Part shown: one piece after another, positions 20,101 to 30,689 of the stretch
How the letters are laid out: every line of letters starts with the position of its first letter
Position numbering within the stretch: the first letter of the stretch is position 1
From: Gammaproteobacteria bacterium
GTDB taxonomy: Bacteria; Pseudomonadota; Gammaproteobacteria; UBA12402
Length of the DNA: 64,000 nt
Direction of reading: 5' to 3'
Assembly (NCBI GenBank): GCA_050123375.1
Contig: JASFHF010000001.1
Span: forward strand, 34,475 to 98,474
Made by a program: the position numbers and the translations under genes
Notes under the pieces: generated by a model
Database searches by the model: none
What the model saw: the letters and a program-made list of their open reading frames with translations, nothing else
Told to the model about the DNA's origin: nothing

Positions 20101-20131
20101 AATTTATACTGCCAGTATAAATCCGGCATCT

Positions 20132-20815
20132 TCAAGATGCGGTATTTAATTTGCCATTTTCCAATTCATATTTGACCTGCATTTGCTTAGCTAAATTCAA
20201 ATCGTGAGTAACAATTACAAAAGAAGTGCCGAGTTCACGCTGCAGATCCAGCATCACTTGTAACACATGCTCGGCAGTTTTGCCGTCCAAATTACCAGTC
20301 GGCTCATCTGCTAATATACATTTTGGCTGCGTAACCAAAGCACGCACAATTGCGATGCGTTGACGTTCACCCCCAGATAGTTCACCAATTTTATGATGTT
20401 TGCGATCACTTAAATCAACTTTTCGCAAAAAATCATCCGCAATTTTTTTTGCAGACCGAATTTGAGTACCGCCAATCAATAACGGCATCACCGCATTTTC
20501 CAACGCGGTAAATTCAGGCAGTAAATGATGAAATTGATAAACAAAACCTAAATGTTTATTGCGCATGCGGCATTTTTTCTTTTCAGACAATAAATTAATA
20601 TTTTCATCATGCCAAAATATTTCGCCATTTGTCGGCGTATCCAAACCGCCTAACAAATGCAGTAAAGTGCTTTTGCCAGAACCTGAAGAACCAATAATTG
20701 CCACTAATTGATTTTCATCTACTTGAAAATTAATCCCTTGCAACACTTTCAATTCTTTATCCGCATCATGAAACGATTTACATAAATTTTTGCAGCTTAA
20801 AATTACATCACTCAT
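20132..20815 (-). CDS. lolD: lipoprotein-releasing system ATP-binding protein
   Basis: It has a Walker A 'GSSGSGKST', an ABC signature 'LSGGERQR', and operon context with lolC. Confidence 0.85.
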   Translation of the reverse strand: MSDVILSCKNLCKSFHDADKELKVLQGINFQVDENQLVAIIGSSGSGKSTLLHLLGGLDTPTNGEIFWHDENINLLSEKKKCRMRNKHLGFVYQFHHLLPEFTALENAVMPLLIGGTQIRSAKKIADDFLRKVDLSDRKHHKIGELSGGERQRIAIVRALVTQPKCILADEPTGNLDGKTAEHVLQVMLDLQRELGTSFVIVTHDLNLAKQMQVKYELENGKLNTAS

Positions 20816-22064
20816 AACGCAATGCCTCCGCTGGTTTCATCTTAGCAGCCCGTAATGCAGGATAAACCGTTGCTATCAAAGATAAAACAATTGCAATTAC
20901 CGCAATATGAATAACGTCTGCTGATTGTAACTGCGAAGGCAGATAATCAACCCAATAAACTCCGGGAGTAAATAATTGTACGTGAAAAGTACGCTGAATA
21001 AAATTAACTAATTGCGTGACATTCAATGATAAAATAACACCACCAACAATTCCTAAAATCGTTCCTACTAAACCAATAATCAAACCTTGCAATATAAAAA
21101 CCGCTGTGACAATTCCTGGGGTCGCACCGAAAGTACGCAAAATCGCAATATCACCCTCTTTGTCATTTACTAACATCACTAAACCAGATACTAAATTAAA
21201 TGCCGCAATTGCAATTAGCAACAATAAAATAAAAAACATTATGGTTTTTTCCATTTGCACTGCGTGATAGAAAGCGCCATACATATCAGTCCAATTGGAA
21301 ATTTGATACTTAAATTGCAAATCTTTATCTAAATTTAGTGAAACCTTTTGCGCGGCAAATAAATTTTTTAATTTTAACTGCAAACCAGTAACTTGATTGT
21401 TATCAAAATTCATTAATTTTTGCGCGTCATTAAGATTAATAAAAGCATAACCCGCATCATAACCAATGCCACTGCCAGTGGTAAAAACACCTACAACTTT
21501 AAATCTTCTAAACCGTGGAATAAGCCCAATTGGAGTAATTGTCGCATGCGGCGTAATTAAATTAACTTTGTCACCAACCGTCACTCCTAAATTAATTGCC
21601 AAAGTTGAACCCAACACCATACCAAATTCACCTGGCTGCAGCGCAACGAAAGACCCTTGAATACATTTATTTGTAATACCGGAAACTTGCCGTTCTTCTT
21701 TCGGCAATATCCCTTTAACCATTACCGGCCGCACATCACCATTATGCGACAATAATGCTTGAATATTAATATAAGGAGCTGCACCAATAACTTGCGGATT
21801 AGTCTGTACCTGCTTACGTAAATTTTGCCAACTAGATAAATTATTCGACATACCGGTGATAGTAATATGCGGCGCCATAGCAAAAATTTTCTTTTGAATT
21901 TGCTGATCAAAACCATTCATCACCGACAGCACGGTAAGCAATACCATAACGCCTAAAGCAATCCCAATAATCGAAACCAAAGACATAAACGAAATAAATT
22001 GATTACGCCGTTTCGCACGGGTATAACGCAGAGCAATGTACAATGCAATTGGACGAAAGATCAT
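20808..22064 (-). CDS. lolC: lipoprotein-releasing system permease LolC/E
   Basis: It has the FtsX/MacB-type topology with a periplasmic domain, and it overlaps the lolD start. Confidence 0.85.
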   Translation of the reverse strand: MIFRPIALYIALRYTRAKRRNQFISFMSLVSIIGIALGVMVLLTVLSVMNGFDQQIQKKIFAMAPHITITGMSNNLSSWQNLRKQVQTNPQVIGAAPYINIQALLSHNGDVRPVMVKGILPKEERQVSGITNKCIQGSFVALQPGEFGMVLGSTLAINLGVTVGDKVNLITPHATITPIGLIPRFRRFKVVGVFTTGSGIGYDAGYAFINLNDAQKLMNFDNNQVTGLQLKLKNLFAAQKVSLNLDKDLQFKYQISNWTDMYGAFYHAVQMEKTIMFFILLLLIAIAAFNLVSGLVMLVNDKEGDIAILRTFGATPGIVTAVFILQGLIIGLVGTILGIVGGVILSLNVTQLVNFIQRTFHVQLFTPGVYWVDYLPSQLQSADVIHIAVIAIVLSLIATVYPALRAAKMKPAEALRYE

Positions 22065-22166
22065 ATCCCATATGTTACCTCAAGATGCGAGATTTTGACA
22101 AACAAATCTAGGACTGCCCTATTTAATTATCTATTTGATTGTTTTTTAAACTTTAAGTGAGCATAA

Positions 22167-22267
22167 AAGAAGTTTTGGGTGTCTTTTTTCGACGACTCGC
22201 GCCCATGGATGGAAGCGCGTGGCACACGGAGGTGCCCGGAGGAGAAAAAAGACACCCAAAACTTCTT
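22167..22267. repeat. large hairpin: 24-bp perfect inverted repeat enclosing a 53-nt GC-rich twin-hairpin core (family D, copy D2)
   Basis: Arm 22167-22190 is the reverse complement of arm 22244-22267. The core is 'cgcgcccatggatggaagcgcg' plus 'ggcacacggaggtgcc'. It lies directly 3' of the tatD stop. Confidence 0.85.
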
Positions 22268-23036
22268 AATCTGAAAATAAATCCCAAAAATTTGCCGTAG
22301 TCTGCTCCGCTACTTCTGCATAAGAAATTTCACGCAATTCAGCAATCGCTTCTGCTACATAACGCACATAAGCTGGTTCATTAGGTTTGCCTCGATACGG
22401 AACCGGAGTAAGATAAGGCGCATCGGTTTCAATCAGCAACCGCGTAAGCGGAATTTTTTGTGCTGTCTCCTGCACTTGCACCGCCTTTTTAAATGTTACA
22501 ATTCCGGTGATCCCAATATAAAACCCCAGATCAACAAATTTTTGTGCATATTCATATGAATCAGTAAAACAATGCAGCACGCCGCCAACCTCGGCTGCCC
22601 GCTCCTCACGTAAAATACGATACACATCCTCACTAGATTCACGTGAATGAATCACCAATGGCTTCTTAACTTGCCTCGCAGCCCGAATATGCCGTCGAAA
22701 CCGCTCATGCTGCCAAGCTAGGTCGCCTGAGCAATGGAAATATTCCAATCCAGCCTCACCAATGGCAATAACTTTAGGATGTTGGGACAGTTCAACTAAA
22801 TCATCTACAGAAGGCTCATGATTTTGATGTTCCGACGGCTGTAAGCCAACGGTACAGGACACATCATCATAAGCTTCGGCAATCTCTAAAACACGCGGAA
22901 AATCCTGGAGATTAACACAAACATTTAAAATATGCTCCACACCCACTGCCCGCGCAGCATCAATGACCCCATCCAATTGGCCAGCATATTTGGTCAAATC
23001 CAACCTATCTAAATGACAATGTGAATCGATTAGCAT
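22266..23036 (-). CDS. tatD: TatD-family metal-dependent DNase/hydrolase
   Basis: It has the 'IDSHCHLD' N-terminus and the metal-ligand His/Glu/Asp pattern. Confidence 0.85.
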   Translation of the reverse strand: MLIDSHCHLDRLDLTKYAGQLDGVIDAARAVGVEHILNVCVNLQDFPRVLEIAEAYDDVSCTVGLQPSEHQNHEPSVDDLVELSQHPKVIAIGEAGLEYFHCSGDLAWQHERFRRHIRAARQVKKPLVIHSRESSEDVYRILREERAAEVGGVLHCFTDSYEYAQKFVDLGFYIGITGIVTFKKAVQVQETAQKIPLTRLLIETDAPYLTPVPYRGKPNEPAYVRYVAEAIAELREISYAEVAEQTTANFWDLFSD

Positions 23037-23245
23037 TATTGTTTTATATTACACAACCATTTTACGACTTTTATTACCTCATTTCCCTGCTGCATCTTCA
23101 TCTTAACATAAGCATTCATACCAGTTATCACTTGTTCTTCGCTCTTCTCTTGTTCCTTCATATTCGGTTTCTTCTGCCCATTAGATGATTTCTGCTGTTT
23201 CCTGCCACAATTAAAAAACGATATAATACCTTTAAATAATGACAT
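23036..23245 (-). CDS. small hypothetical protein (69 aa)
   Basis: The ORF is coupled to the tatD start (ATGA-type overlap). No recognisable motif was found. Confidence 0.25.
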   Translation of the reverse strand: MSLFKGIISFFNCGRKQQKSSNGQKKPNMKEQEKSEEQVITGMNAYVKMKMQQGNEVIKVVKWLCNIKQ

Positions 23246-23417
23246 AACACTTCCCTCCTATAACAGACCTTCCCCCTCGATAGCCATTATACCCCCAATT
23301 CTCATACAAAAAAGGTCAAAATCTCGTAAAAACCTGTGCGTTTTCACACATTTTGAAAAAAATATGTACTCCTTCCTCTAAAAATATTATAATTCATAAA
23401 TCATTGTGAGGTTTAAT

Positions 23418-24779
23418 ATGAAAAAAATCTGCTTATTATTATGCGGCATTATCTTGTTATATATTTTGCCGGGAGCTGCTTTAGCGCGCATCCCATCAAA
23501 AATGCTGTCCATAAATAAAACAACCATTGCCCCTATGTTGAAAAAAACCATGCCGGCAGTGGTAAATATCGTTAATCAAGGCGAAATAGAACTCGCTAAT
23601 GACCCGTTTTTAAAGCGGGAACTAAGCAAATACCCTGCATTTAAAATGCTGGATAAAAAACATTTTGTCAGCCTTGGTTCCGGCGTCATTATTAATGCGG
23701 AGCACGGCTTAATTGTTACTAACGCCCATGTTATAAACATGTCTAAAACTCTAACGGTGACCCTCAATGACGGTCGACATTTTATTGCAAAAAAAGTCGG
23801 CGCAGACAATGAAACCGATCTTGCAATAATTCAAATCAAGGCTAAAAACTTAACCGCCATCCCTTTTGGCGATTCAGACAAACTCCACATTGGCGATTTT
23901 GTAGTTGCAATCGGCAGCCCTTTTGGCTTAAAACAAAGCGTAACTTCAGGAATTATTAGCGCTTTAAACCGCAGTGATTTAGGTTTAGAAAAAATCGAAA
24001 ACTTCATTCAGACTGATGCGCCAATTAACGTTGGTAACTCAGGCGGCGCTCTAGTTGACATGCAAGGCAAATTAATTGGTATTAATACTGCATTAATCTC
24101 ACCTGATGGCGGCAATATTGGCATCGGCTTTGCTATTCCATCAAACATGGTGCAAAGTATCGTAAAACAACTAATAGAATTTGGTGAAGTGCATCGCGGC
24201 TTGATGGGAATTTTAGTGCAAACCTTAACTCCAGATCTTGCTCAAGCTATTGGCATGCCGCAGCAACAAGGAGCAATAATTTCACAAATTGTACCACATT
24301 CTCCTGCAGCAAAAGCTGGACTTAAAATTGGCGATATCATCACGAATATAAATCAACACGCAATTAAATCCAGCGAAGATTTACACAATCTAATCGGCAT
24401 ACTGCATATTGGCGAAGCTGCAAATTTAACTGTATTACGCAACAAAAAATCACTAAAATTGTCCATAGTTACCGCTGACCCTAAAATCAGTACTACCCGC
24501 AGTATGCAATTACAAAAATACTTCTATGGAGTAAGTATGGAAAATTTTGCCGGGCAAATTACTGCACATGGTTATGCGGAAGGTGTACAGATATTACAAG
24601 TTCACGAATATAGTCCTGCCTGGACTTCAGGTTTGCGCCCGGATGATGTGATTGTATCAGCGAATAATCTGCCAGCTACTTCAGTTAAACGCTTAATTGA
24701 AATAAGCAAAACAGCTAAAAATCACTTAGTATTACGAATATTACGCGGCCCGGGCTCGATATTTTTGGTGATAAAATGA
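23418..24779 (+). CDS. periplasmic serine endoprotease DegP/DegQ (HtrA family, two PDZ domains)
   Basis: The signal peptide is present. 'GNSGGALVD' holds the catalytic Ser, and the His/Asp triad is in context. An SD 'gagg' precedes ATG 23418. Confidence 0.9.
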   Translation: MKKICLLLCGIILLYILPGAALARIPSKMLSINKTTIAPMLKKTMPAVVNIVNQGEIELANDPFLKRELSKYPAFKMLDKKHFVSLGSGVIINAEHGLIVTNAHVINMSKTLTVTLNDGRHFIAKKVGADNETDLAIIQIKAKNLTAIPFGDSDKLHIGDFVVAIGSPFGLKQSVTSGIISALNRSDLGLEKIENFIQTDAPINVGNSGGALVDMQGKLIGINTALISPDGGNIGIGFAIPSNMVQSIVKQLIEFGEVHRGLMGILVQTLTPDLAQAIGMPQQQGAIISQIVPHSPAAKAGLKIGDIITNINQHAIKSSEDLHNLIGILHIGEAANLTVLRNKKSLKLSIVTADPKISTTRSMQLQKYFYGVSMENFAGQITAHGYAEGVQILQVHEYSPAWTSGLRPDDVIVSANNLPATSVKRLIEISKTAKNHLVLRILRGPGSIFLVIK

Positions 24780-24787
24780 TGATGTAG

Positions 24788-24857
24788 GCGGGACGCGGGC
24801 TTCACTCATTACAAGTGCCATGCTTGTTGCTTTGTAATGAGTGAAGCCCTGTCCCCC
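24788..24857 (+). repeat. PE-1 palindromic element, copy 1
   Basis: 'gcgggacgcgggcttcactcattacaag...gctttgtaatgagtgaagccctgtcccc'. Confidence 0.85.
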
Positions 24858-24934
24858 TGAGATGTTGTATAAAAACTTAGATATAAACAAACAAGGTTGG
24901 GTGTCCACCAAGCAAACTAAAAACGAGAACACTT

Positions 24935-26041
24935 ATGTCACGCAAAAAAATAACTATTACTTTAATTATTCTAGGCATATTAGCTTTAGCCGTGTGGTTC
25001 GGTTATCGGTATTTTATAATATTGATGATCGCCAAATATCGGGCAGCATATAAAATGCCTCCTACCGTAGTACAAATTCACAAAGCAACTAAACAACCAT
25101 GGCAGCCAACTATTGAAGCCATTGGATCATTATCCGCGGATGAAGGCGTAACCTTAACCACTGAAGTGGCTGGAAGAATTACCCAAATTTACTTTAAATC
25201 CGGAACTTACGTTAAAGCCAATACACCATTAGTTCAACTATATCCCAAAATTATTCAAGCAGAATTAAATGGAGCCAAAGCACAACTTGCGGTAGATAAA
25301 GTTAACCTGAAACGATACACTAAGCTATTCAAAAAAGGATTTTACGACAAAGCTAGTCTCGATAAAGCTAAAGCCACCGTTGAAGGCGATCAAGCCAAGG
25401 TTGACAATTATCAAGCACAGCTTGATCAACTAACTATTAAAGCGCCGTTTAGCGGACGGCTTGGTCTTCGACAAGTAAGTCTGGGAGATTTCCTAAATAC
25501 GGGTGATCCTATTGCAGATCTGCAAGCAGTTGATCCGATTCGTGTTGATTTTAATGTGCCGGAAATTTATTTAGGACAAATAAAACCCGGTTACAAAATA
25601 ACCATGACTTCACGTGCTGTAAAAGATAAAATATATGAAGGAACCATCTATGCATTTAATTCAAAAGTTGATCCAAATTCCCGTATGATTGGCGTGCGTG
25701 CGCACGTTCCGAATAAAAACTTTGCATTAGTTCCCGGCGCTTTTGTTGAAGTTACTGCATACATTGATAAAGCACAACAACCAATAATTATCCCACAAAC
25801 CGCTGTACTATATTCGCTCGAAGGAAGCTATGTTTATTTAATGAAAAATCACAAAGCAATTAAAACTCCAATAACTGTTGGACAAAAATTAGATGATAAC
25901 CGTATTATTGTGGTAAAAGGTTTACAAGCTGGTGATCCAATAATTGTTGGCGGTCAGGAAAAATTACATGACAATGATACGGTAATCACACAGGACGAAT
26001 ACGAAAAACAACAAAAAACTACGGAGAAGACTAAGAAATAA
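24935..26041 (+). CDS. RND efflux periplasmic adaptor (membrane fusion protein)
   Basis: It has a biotinyl-lipoyl-like fold and coiled coil, and it lies immediately upstream of the RND pump. Confidence 0.85.
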   Translation: MSRKKITITLIILGILALAVWFGYRYFIILMIAKYRAAYKMPPTVVQIHKATKQPWQPTIEAIGSLSADEGVTLTTEVAGRITQIYFKSGTYVKANTPLVQLYPKIIQAELNGAKAQLAVDKVNLKRYTKLFKKGFYDKASLDKAKATVEGDQAKVDNYQAQLDQLTIKAPFSGRLGLRQVSLGDFLNTGDPIADLQAVDPIRVDFNVPEIYLGQIKPGYKITMTSRAVKDKIYEGTIYAFNSKVDPNSRMIGVRAHVPNKNFALVPGAFVEVTAYIDKAQQPIIIPQTAVLYSLEGSYVYLMKNHKAIKTPITVGQKLDDNRIIVVKGLQAGDPIIVGGQEKLHDNDTVITQDEYEKQQKTTEKTKK

Positions 26042-26271
26042 ATGTAGGCGGGACGCGAGCTTCACATAATTACAACAGCCATGTTTGTTGCTTTGTAATC
26101 ATGTGAAGCTCCGTCCTTCAAAGAAATAAATAAAAAACTAACAAACTAAGAAATAAATGTAGGCGGGACGCGAGCTTCACATAATTACAACAGCCATGTT
26201 TGTTGCTTTGTAATCATGTGAAGCTCCGTCCTTCAAAGAAATAAATAAAAAACTAACAAACTAAGAAATAA
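26042..26271 (+). repeat. tandem duplication (2 x 115 bp), each unit containing a PE-1 palindrome (26048-26116 and 26163-26231)
   Basis: Units 26042-26156 and 26157-26271 are identical. The junction motif 'ctaagaaataa' is also the 3' end of the adaptor gene. Confidence 0.9.
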
Positions 26272-26273
26272 TT

Positions 26274-29200
26274 ATGATCTTCACAGATATTTTCATAAAA
26301 CGACCCATATTTGCAACTGCGATCAGCTTAATGATCCTGGTAGTCGGGATTGTGTCATTAACCAAACTCGATGTCCGCTTATACCCAAAAATTGACACCC
26401 CCGTAATTAATGTTCAAATATCTTATCCTGGCGCAAATGCAAGTTTAATGGAAGGTTTTATCACCACTCCTATTGAAAACGCGATTTCTTCAGTAGAAGG
26501 TGTTGATTATATTTCATCAGAAAGCTCTCAAGGTTCCAGCAGTATCACCGTCACCATGAAACCCGGTTACGACCTGGATATTGCATTAATTAATGTATCC
26601 AATAAAGTTTCTTCGGTGCGTTGGGAATTACCTACAGAAATGCAAGATCCAGTCATTACAAAATCATCAACCGGTGCATCATCAGCATTATATTTAGATT
26701 TTGAAAGTAATAACATGAGCGCTGAAGATGTTACTGATTATTTATTACGCGTAGTACAACCACAAATACAAATGCAGCCAGGAGTCAGCAGCGCTGACAT
26801 TCTAGGTGAACGTAAATATGCAATGCGCATGTGGCTTAATCCACAACTCATGGCAGCACATAATGTTACCCCTAATGATATTTCACAGAAAATCTATGCT
26901 AACAATGTACAAGCCGCTGCAGGTCAACTTAAAGATTCACTGCAACAATACGATGTTTATGCCAATACTGATTTAACCACTCAAAAAGCATTTAATAATC
27001 TCGTTATTCGCAGTAATAACGGAAAAATTGTACGTATCAAAGATATTGGCAACGCAAAGTTAGGCGCAGAAAATACCGATGTCACGATTTTTATGAAACA
27101 CAATAAAGCTACTTTTTTGGAAATCATTGCAAAATCCAATGCCAATCCATTAGATGTTGTTAAAAACATCAAAAAAATCTTACCAGATCTACGCAGCCAT
27201 CTTCCGCAAGGTTTAAACATGAAAATTATGTATGACGTAACCAGATTTATCTCGTCATCACTAAAAGAAGTACGCTTTACTATTATAACTGCTGTATTAT
27301 TCGTATTCATCGTAATATTTTTGATGATCGGCTCCTTACGTTCAATTTTGATTCCAGTGGTTACAATTCCATTATCAATTATTGGCGCATGTTCATTGAT
27401 GTTGGCATTAGGTTATTCAATTAACACCTTAACTTTGCTGGCATTTGTTTTAGCAATCGGCTTGGTAGTTGATGACTCCATTGTGGTTTTAGAAAATATT
27501 CATCGACACCTTGAAGATGGATTACACCCATTTAAAGCATCAATAATAGGCGCACGTGAAATCGCATTTGCAGTAATTGCAATGACTTTAACTTTAGCTT
27601 CTGTTTATGCACCGATTGGATTTATGACCGGCTTAACCGGAAAATTATTTTCTGAATTCGCTTTCACTTTAGCTGGCGCGGTTTTATTCTCTGGTTTTAT
27701 TGCATTAACTTTATCTCCGATGATGTGCTCGAAACTTTATCGTGCCCACGAAAATTTGAACGCTGGTTTTTCAGGAATAGTTAACCGCACATTTACAAAC
27801 TTAACCGCTGGATACAGATCAGCATTGCAAACAACTATAAAACTACGTTATCTTGTGGTTATCGTTGCTATATTAATTTATGCATCATGTTTTTTATTTT
27901 ATACCCACATTTCTCAAGAATTAGCTCCGGATGAAGACCAAGGCGCAATTATTGGTATTAGTTTAGGTCCGGCTGCAGCAAACATTCACTACACCGAACA
28001 ACATTCTAAAAAAATTATGAAAATTTATGACTCAATTCCTGAAATGCAAACGTATGGAATTGTTAATGGTTTTCCTTATGGCGCCAACTCTTCAATTGCA
28101 TTTTTAATTTTAAAACCCTGGGATGAACGTAAACGCACTGCAATGCAAATTCAGCAAAGTTTATTTATGAAGTTTTGGTCAATTCCTGGAGTCCAGGCTT
28201 TTCCAAGCAGTCCGCCAAATCTGCCTGGAACAACAACCTTTACTCCAATTGATTTTGTGCTAAAAACCACCGATGACTATGCAACTCTACAAAAATACAC
28301 AGACCAGCTCATGCTGGAAATTGAAAAATGGGGCGGCCTCGCCAATCCGCATGTTGATTTACATATTGATAAACCGCAAACAAACGTTAAAATCATACGG
28401 AACAAAGCTGCGGATCTTAACATCAATATGGAAGAAATTGCAACGGCCTTAAATGTAGCTTTAGGCAAACCAATTACAACACACTTTAATTTGCAAGGTC
28501 GTTCTTATGAAGTTATACCACAACTAAGTGCACAATATCGCACTGTACCTGATAAATTAAACAATTTATATGTGCGCACCGGCACAAATAATAAATTAAT
28601 ACCTCTGGCAAATGTTGTTGATATAAGCGAAAAAACCGTACCACGCACCCTAAATCATTTCCAGGCACTGCGTTCTGCTACAATTTCCGCAAATCTTGCA
28701 CCTGGCGTAACTCAGGGAGATGCTTACAAACATTTACAAAAACTAGCGAAAAAAATCTTACCTAAAGATATTCAAATCGACACCGCTGGACAATTACGCC
28801 AATACATAACTGCCTCTGGAAAAATGGTTGGAACATTTGTTTTTGCAGTAATATTTATCTATTTAATTTTAGCTGCGCAATTTGAAAGTTTCCGCGATCC
28901 ATTCATTGTTATGTTAAGCGTACCGCTATCTATTGCTGGTGCGTTATTAGTTTTATTAGTATTTGGGGCAACTATTAACATCTATACTCAAATTGGGTTA
29001 GTAACTTTAATTGGCTTAATTACCAAAAATGGTATTTTAATTGTAGAATTCGCCAATCAACAGCAAGAAAAAGGCAAAGAATTTCTGGAAGCTCTTTTAG
29101 ATGGTGCTTCTTATCGCTTAAGACCAATTCTAATGACAACATGCGCAATGATTTTGGGAGCAACACCTTTAGTATTCGCCAGCGGCGCTGGAGCCGTCAG

Positions 29201-29354
29201 CCGCCACCAATTAGGTCTGGTGATTGTTGGCGGTATGAGTTTTGGAACATTGCTTACTTTATTCGTCGTTCCAACTGCATATTATCTTTTCGCCGACCGT
29301 AAAGCTAAAGATGAACATATAGAAAAAATCCTGGAAGAAATTGAAAAAGAATAG
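26274..29354 (+). CDS. RND multidrug efflux transporter (AcrB/AcrD/MexF family)
   Basis: It is 1026 aa with a 12-TM architecture and two large periplasmic loops. Confidence 0.9.
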   Translation: MIFTDIFIKRPIFATAISLMILVVGIVSLTKLDVRLYPKIDTPVINVQISYPGANASLMEGFITTPIENAISSVEGVDYISSESSQGSSSITVTMKPGYDLDIALINVSNKVSSVRWELPTEMQDPVITKSSTGASSALYLDFESNNMSAEDVTDYLLRVVQPQIQMQPGVSSADILGERKYAMRMWLNPQLMAAHNVTPNDISQKIYANNVQAAAGQLKDSLQQYDVYANTDLTTQKAFNNLVIRSNNGKIVRIKDIGNAKLGAENTDVTIFMKHNKATFLEIIAKSNANPLDVVKNIKKILPDLRSHLPQGLNMKIMYDVTRFISSSLKEVRFTIITAVLFVFIVIFLMIGSLRSILIPVVTIPLSIIGACSLMLALGYSINTLTLLAFVLAIGLVVDDSIVVLENIHRHLEDGLHPFKASIIGAREIAFAVIAMTLTLASVYAPIGFMTGLTGKLFSEFAFTLAGAVLFSGFIALTLSPMMCSKLYRAHENLNAGFSGIVNRTFTNLTAGYRSALQTTIKLRYLVVIVAILIYASCFLFYTHISQELAPDEDQGAIIGISLGPAAANIHYTEQHSKKIMKIYDSIPEMQTYGIVNGFPYGANSSIAFLILKPWDERKRTAMQIQQSLFMKFWSIPGVQAFPSSPPNLPGTTTFTPIDFVLKTTDDYATLQKYTDQLMLEIEKWGGLANPHVDLHIDKPQTNVKIIRNKAADLNINMEEIATALNVALGKPITTHFNLQGRSYEVIPQLSAQYRTVPDKLNNLYVRTGTNNKLIPLANVVDISEKTVPRTLNHFQALRSATISANLAPGVTQGDAYKHLQKLAKKILPKDIQIDTAGQLRQYITASGKMVGTFVFAVIFIYLILAAQFESFRDPFIVMLSVPLSIAGALLVLLVFGATINIYTQIGLVTLIGLITKNGILIVEFANQQQEKGKEFLEALLDGASYRLRPILMTTCAMILGATPLVFASGAGAVSRHQLGLVIVGGMSFGTLLTLFVVPTAYYLFADRKAKDEHIEKILEEIEKE

Positions 29355-29357
29355 CTG

Positions 29358-30260
29358 TCAGACACCTACAAATGACTTAACCAATTGATTGAATTTTTCC
29401 GGATGTTCTAATTGCGGTATGTGTCCGCATTTATCAAAAATTTCTAACTTAGCTTGTGGTATTAATCGCAACGCTGCTTGTGTATTTTTAACAGGTAATA
29501 ACTTATCATTCTTTCCCCAAATAATTAAAACCGGCATGGTTAACTTGGATAAATTTTCCATTACCGGTTCAATAATTTCTTTTTTTATACCATGCATATT
29601 AACATTCTGCCGCAATAAACTAATTAATACCCTACGTGTACCAGGCAATTGCGCAATTCGATAATTGTTTTGTAAAAATTCCTGCGTAATACATGTTTGA
29701 TCATACACATACAAATAAATCGCTTTAGCAATTAACTTTTTGCCAATATATTTTAATAACTGGCGAACAAACGACAATGTACCCAGACGCACGATTAACG
29801 GCAATTTATGTGTAAACCCAGCAGGACTTACCAATACTAGCTTTTCCACAACATTAGGGAACCATAAAGCAAACTGTAAGCTGACTGCTCCGCCTAATGA
29901 ATGTCCAACCAAATAACAATGTTTAATTTGCAAACTTCGCAAAAAATCATCTAAAAATTGAGCAAGCATTGCAACATTATATTCAACTTGCGGTTTATCA
30001 GTATCACCAAAACCAAGCAAGTCAATTGCAATCACTCTGTGCGTTTTCGCCAAAGCAGAAAAATTTTTATGCCAAAAAGAAACATTAGCATTAATACCGT
30101 GAACCAATATAATCGGAATGTCACTATTGCCCTCATCCCAATAGTGAACTTTGATATTACTAACTTTGATATATTTATCTTGTGGCATAACTAAACAAAA
30201 AGAAAGCCATCCTTGGCCTTCAAACCAGCAAAATTTTAAAGAAAATCTATTTACTTTCAC
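29358..30260 (-). CDS. alpha/beta-fold hydrolase
   Basis: 'ILVHGINAN' and the 'GHSLGG' nucleophile elbow are present. Confidence 0.75.
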   Translation of the reverse strand: MKVNRFSLKFCWFEGQGWLSFCLVMPQDKYIKVSNIKVHYWDEGNSDIPIILVHGINANVSFWHKNFSALAKTHRVIAIDLLGFGDTDKPQVEYNVAMLAQFLDDFLRSLQIKHCYLVGHSLGGAVSLQFALWFPNVVEKLVLVSPAGFTHKLPLIVRLGTLSFVRQLLKYIGKKLIAKAIYLYVYDQTCITQEFLQNNYRIAQLPGTRRVLISLLRQNVNMHGIKKEIIEPVMENLSKLTMPVLIIWGKNDKLLPVKNTQAALRLIPQAKLEIFDKCGHIPQLEHPEKFNQLVKSFVGV

Positions 30261-30465
30261 TTAAAGGAACAATGGTCGCAACAGCATGTTTATATACCAT
30301 CTGTTCATTAGAGTTATTTTGTGAACGCAAAAATATTGCATGTTCATCAAAACCGGTAAAGACGCCTTTAAGCTGAATACCGCTAATCAGATAGACAGAA
30401 CCAAACTGATTGCCCTCGCATAGATTTTTCAAAAATTCGTTTTGAATGTTATTTTCTTCTCGCAT
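30247..30465 (-). CDS. hfq: RNA chaperone Hfq
   Basis: 'FLKNLCEGNQFGSVYLISGIQLKGVFTGFDEHAIFLRS...QMVYKHAVATIVP' has Sm1/Sm2 motifs including YKHAI-like. Confidence 0.85.
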   Translation of the reverse strand: MREENNIQNEFLKNLCEGNQFGSVYLISGIQLKGVFTGFDEHAIFLRSQNNSNEQMVYKHAVATIVPLSESK

Positions 30466-30599
30466 TGTTATTTACTTTTAATGAATTGATTCTTATAACA
30501 AAACGTAATGATAGACAATTAAGATGCATTTTTATAGTTAATAATTTCGGAAAATTACGTAAGACTTTTGCTATTTCTGCATTCTGGTATGAATATAGT

Positions 30600-30668
30600 C
30601 GGGACGCGAGCTATTACATGATTACAAAGCCTTGTTTGTCGCTTTGTAATCATGTAAAGCTCCGTCCC
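30600..30668 (+). repeat. PE-1 palindromic element, copy 3
   Basis: 'gggacgcgagctattacatgattacaaagcc...gctttgtaatcatgtaaagctccgtccc'. Confidence 0.85.
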
Positions 30669-30689
30669 TCAAAGAATCTCGATTATGCT

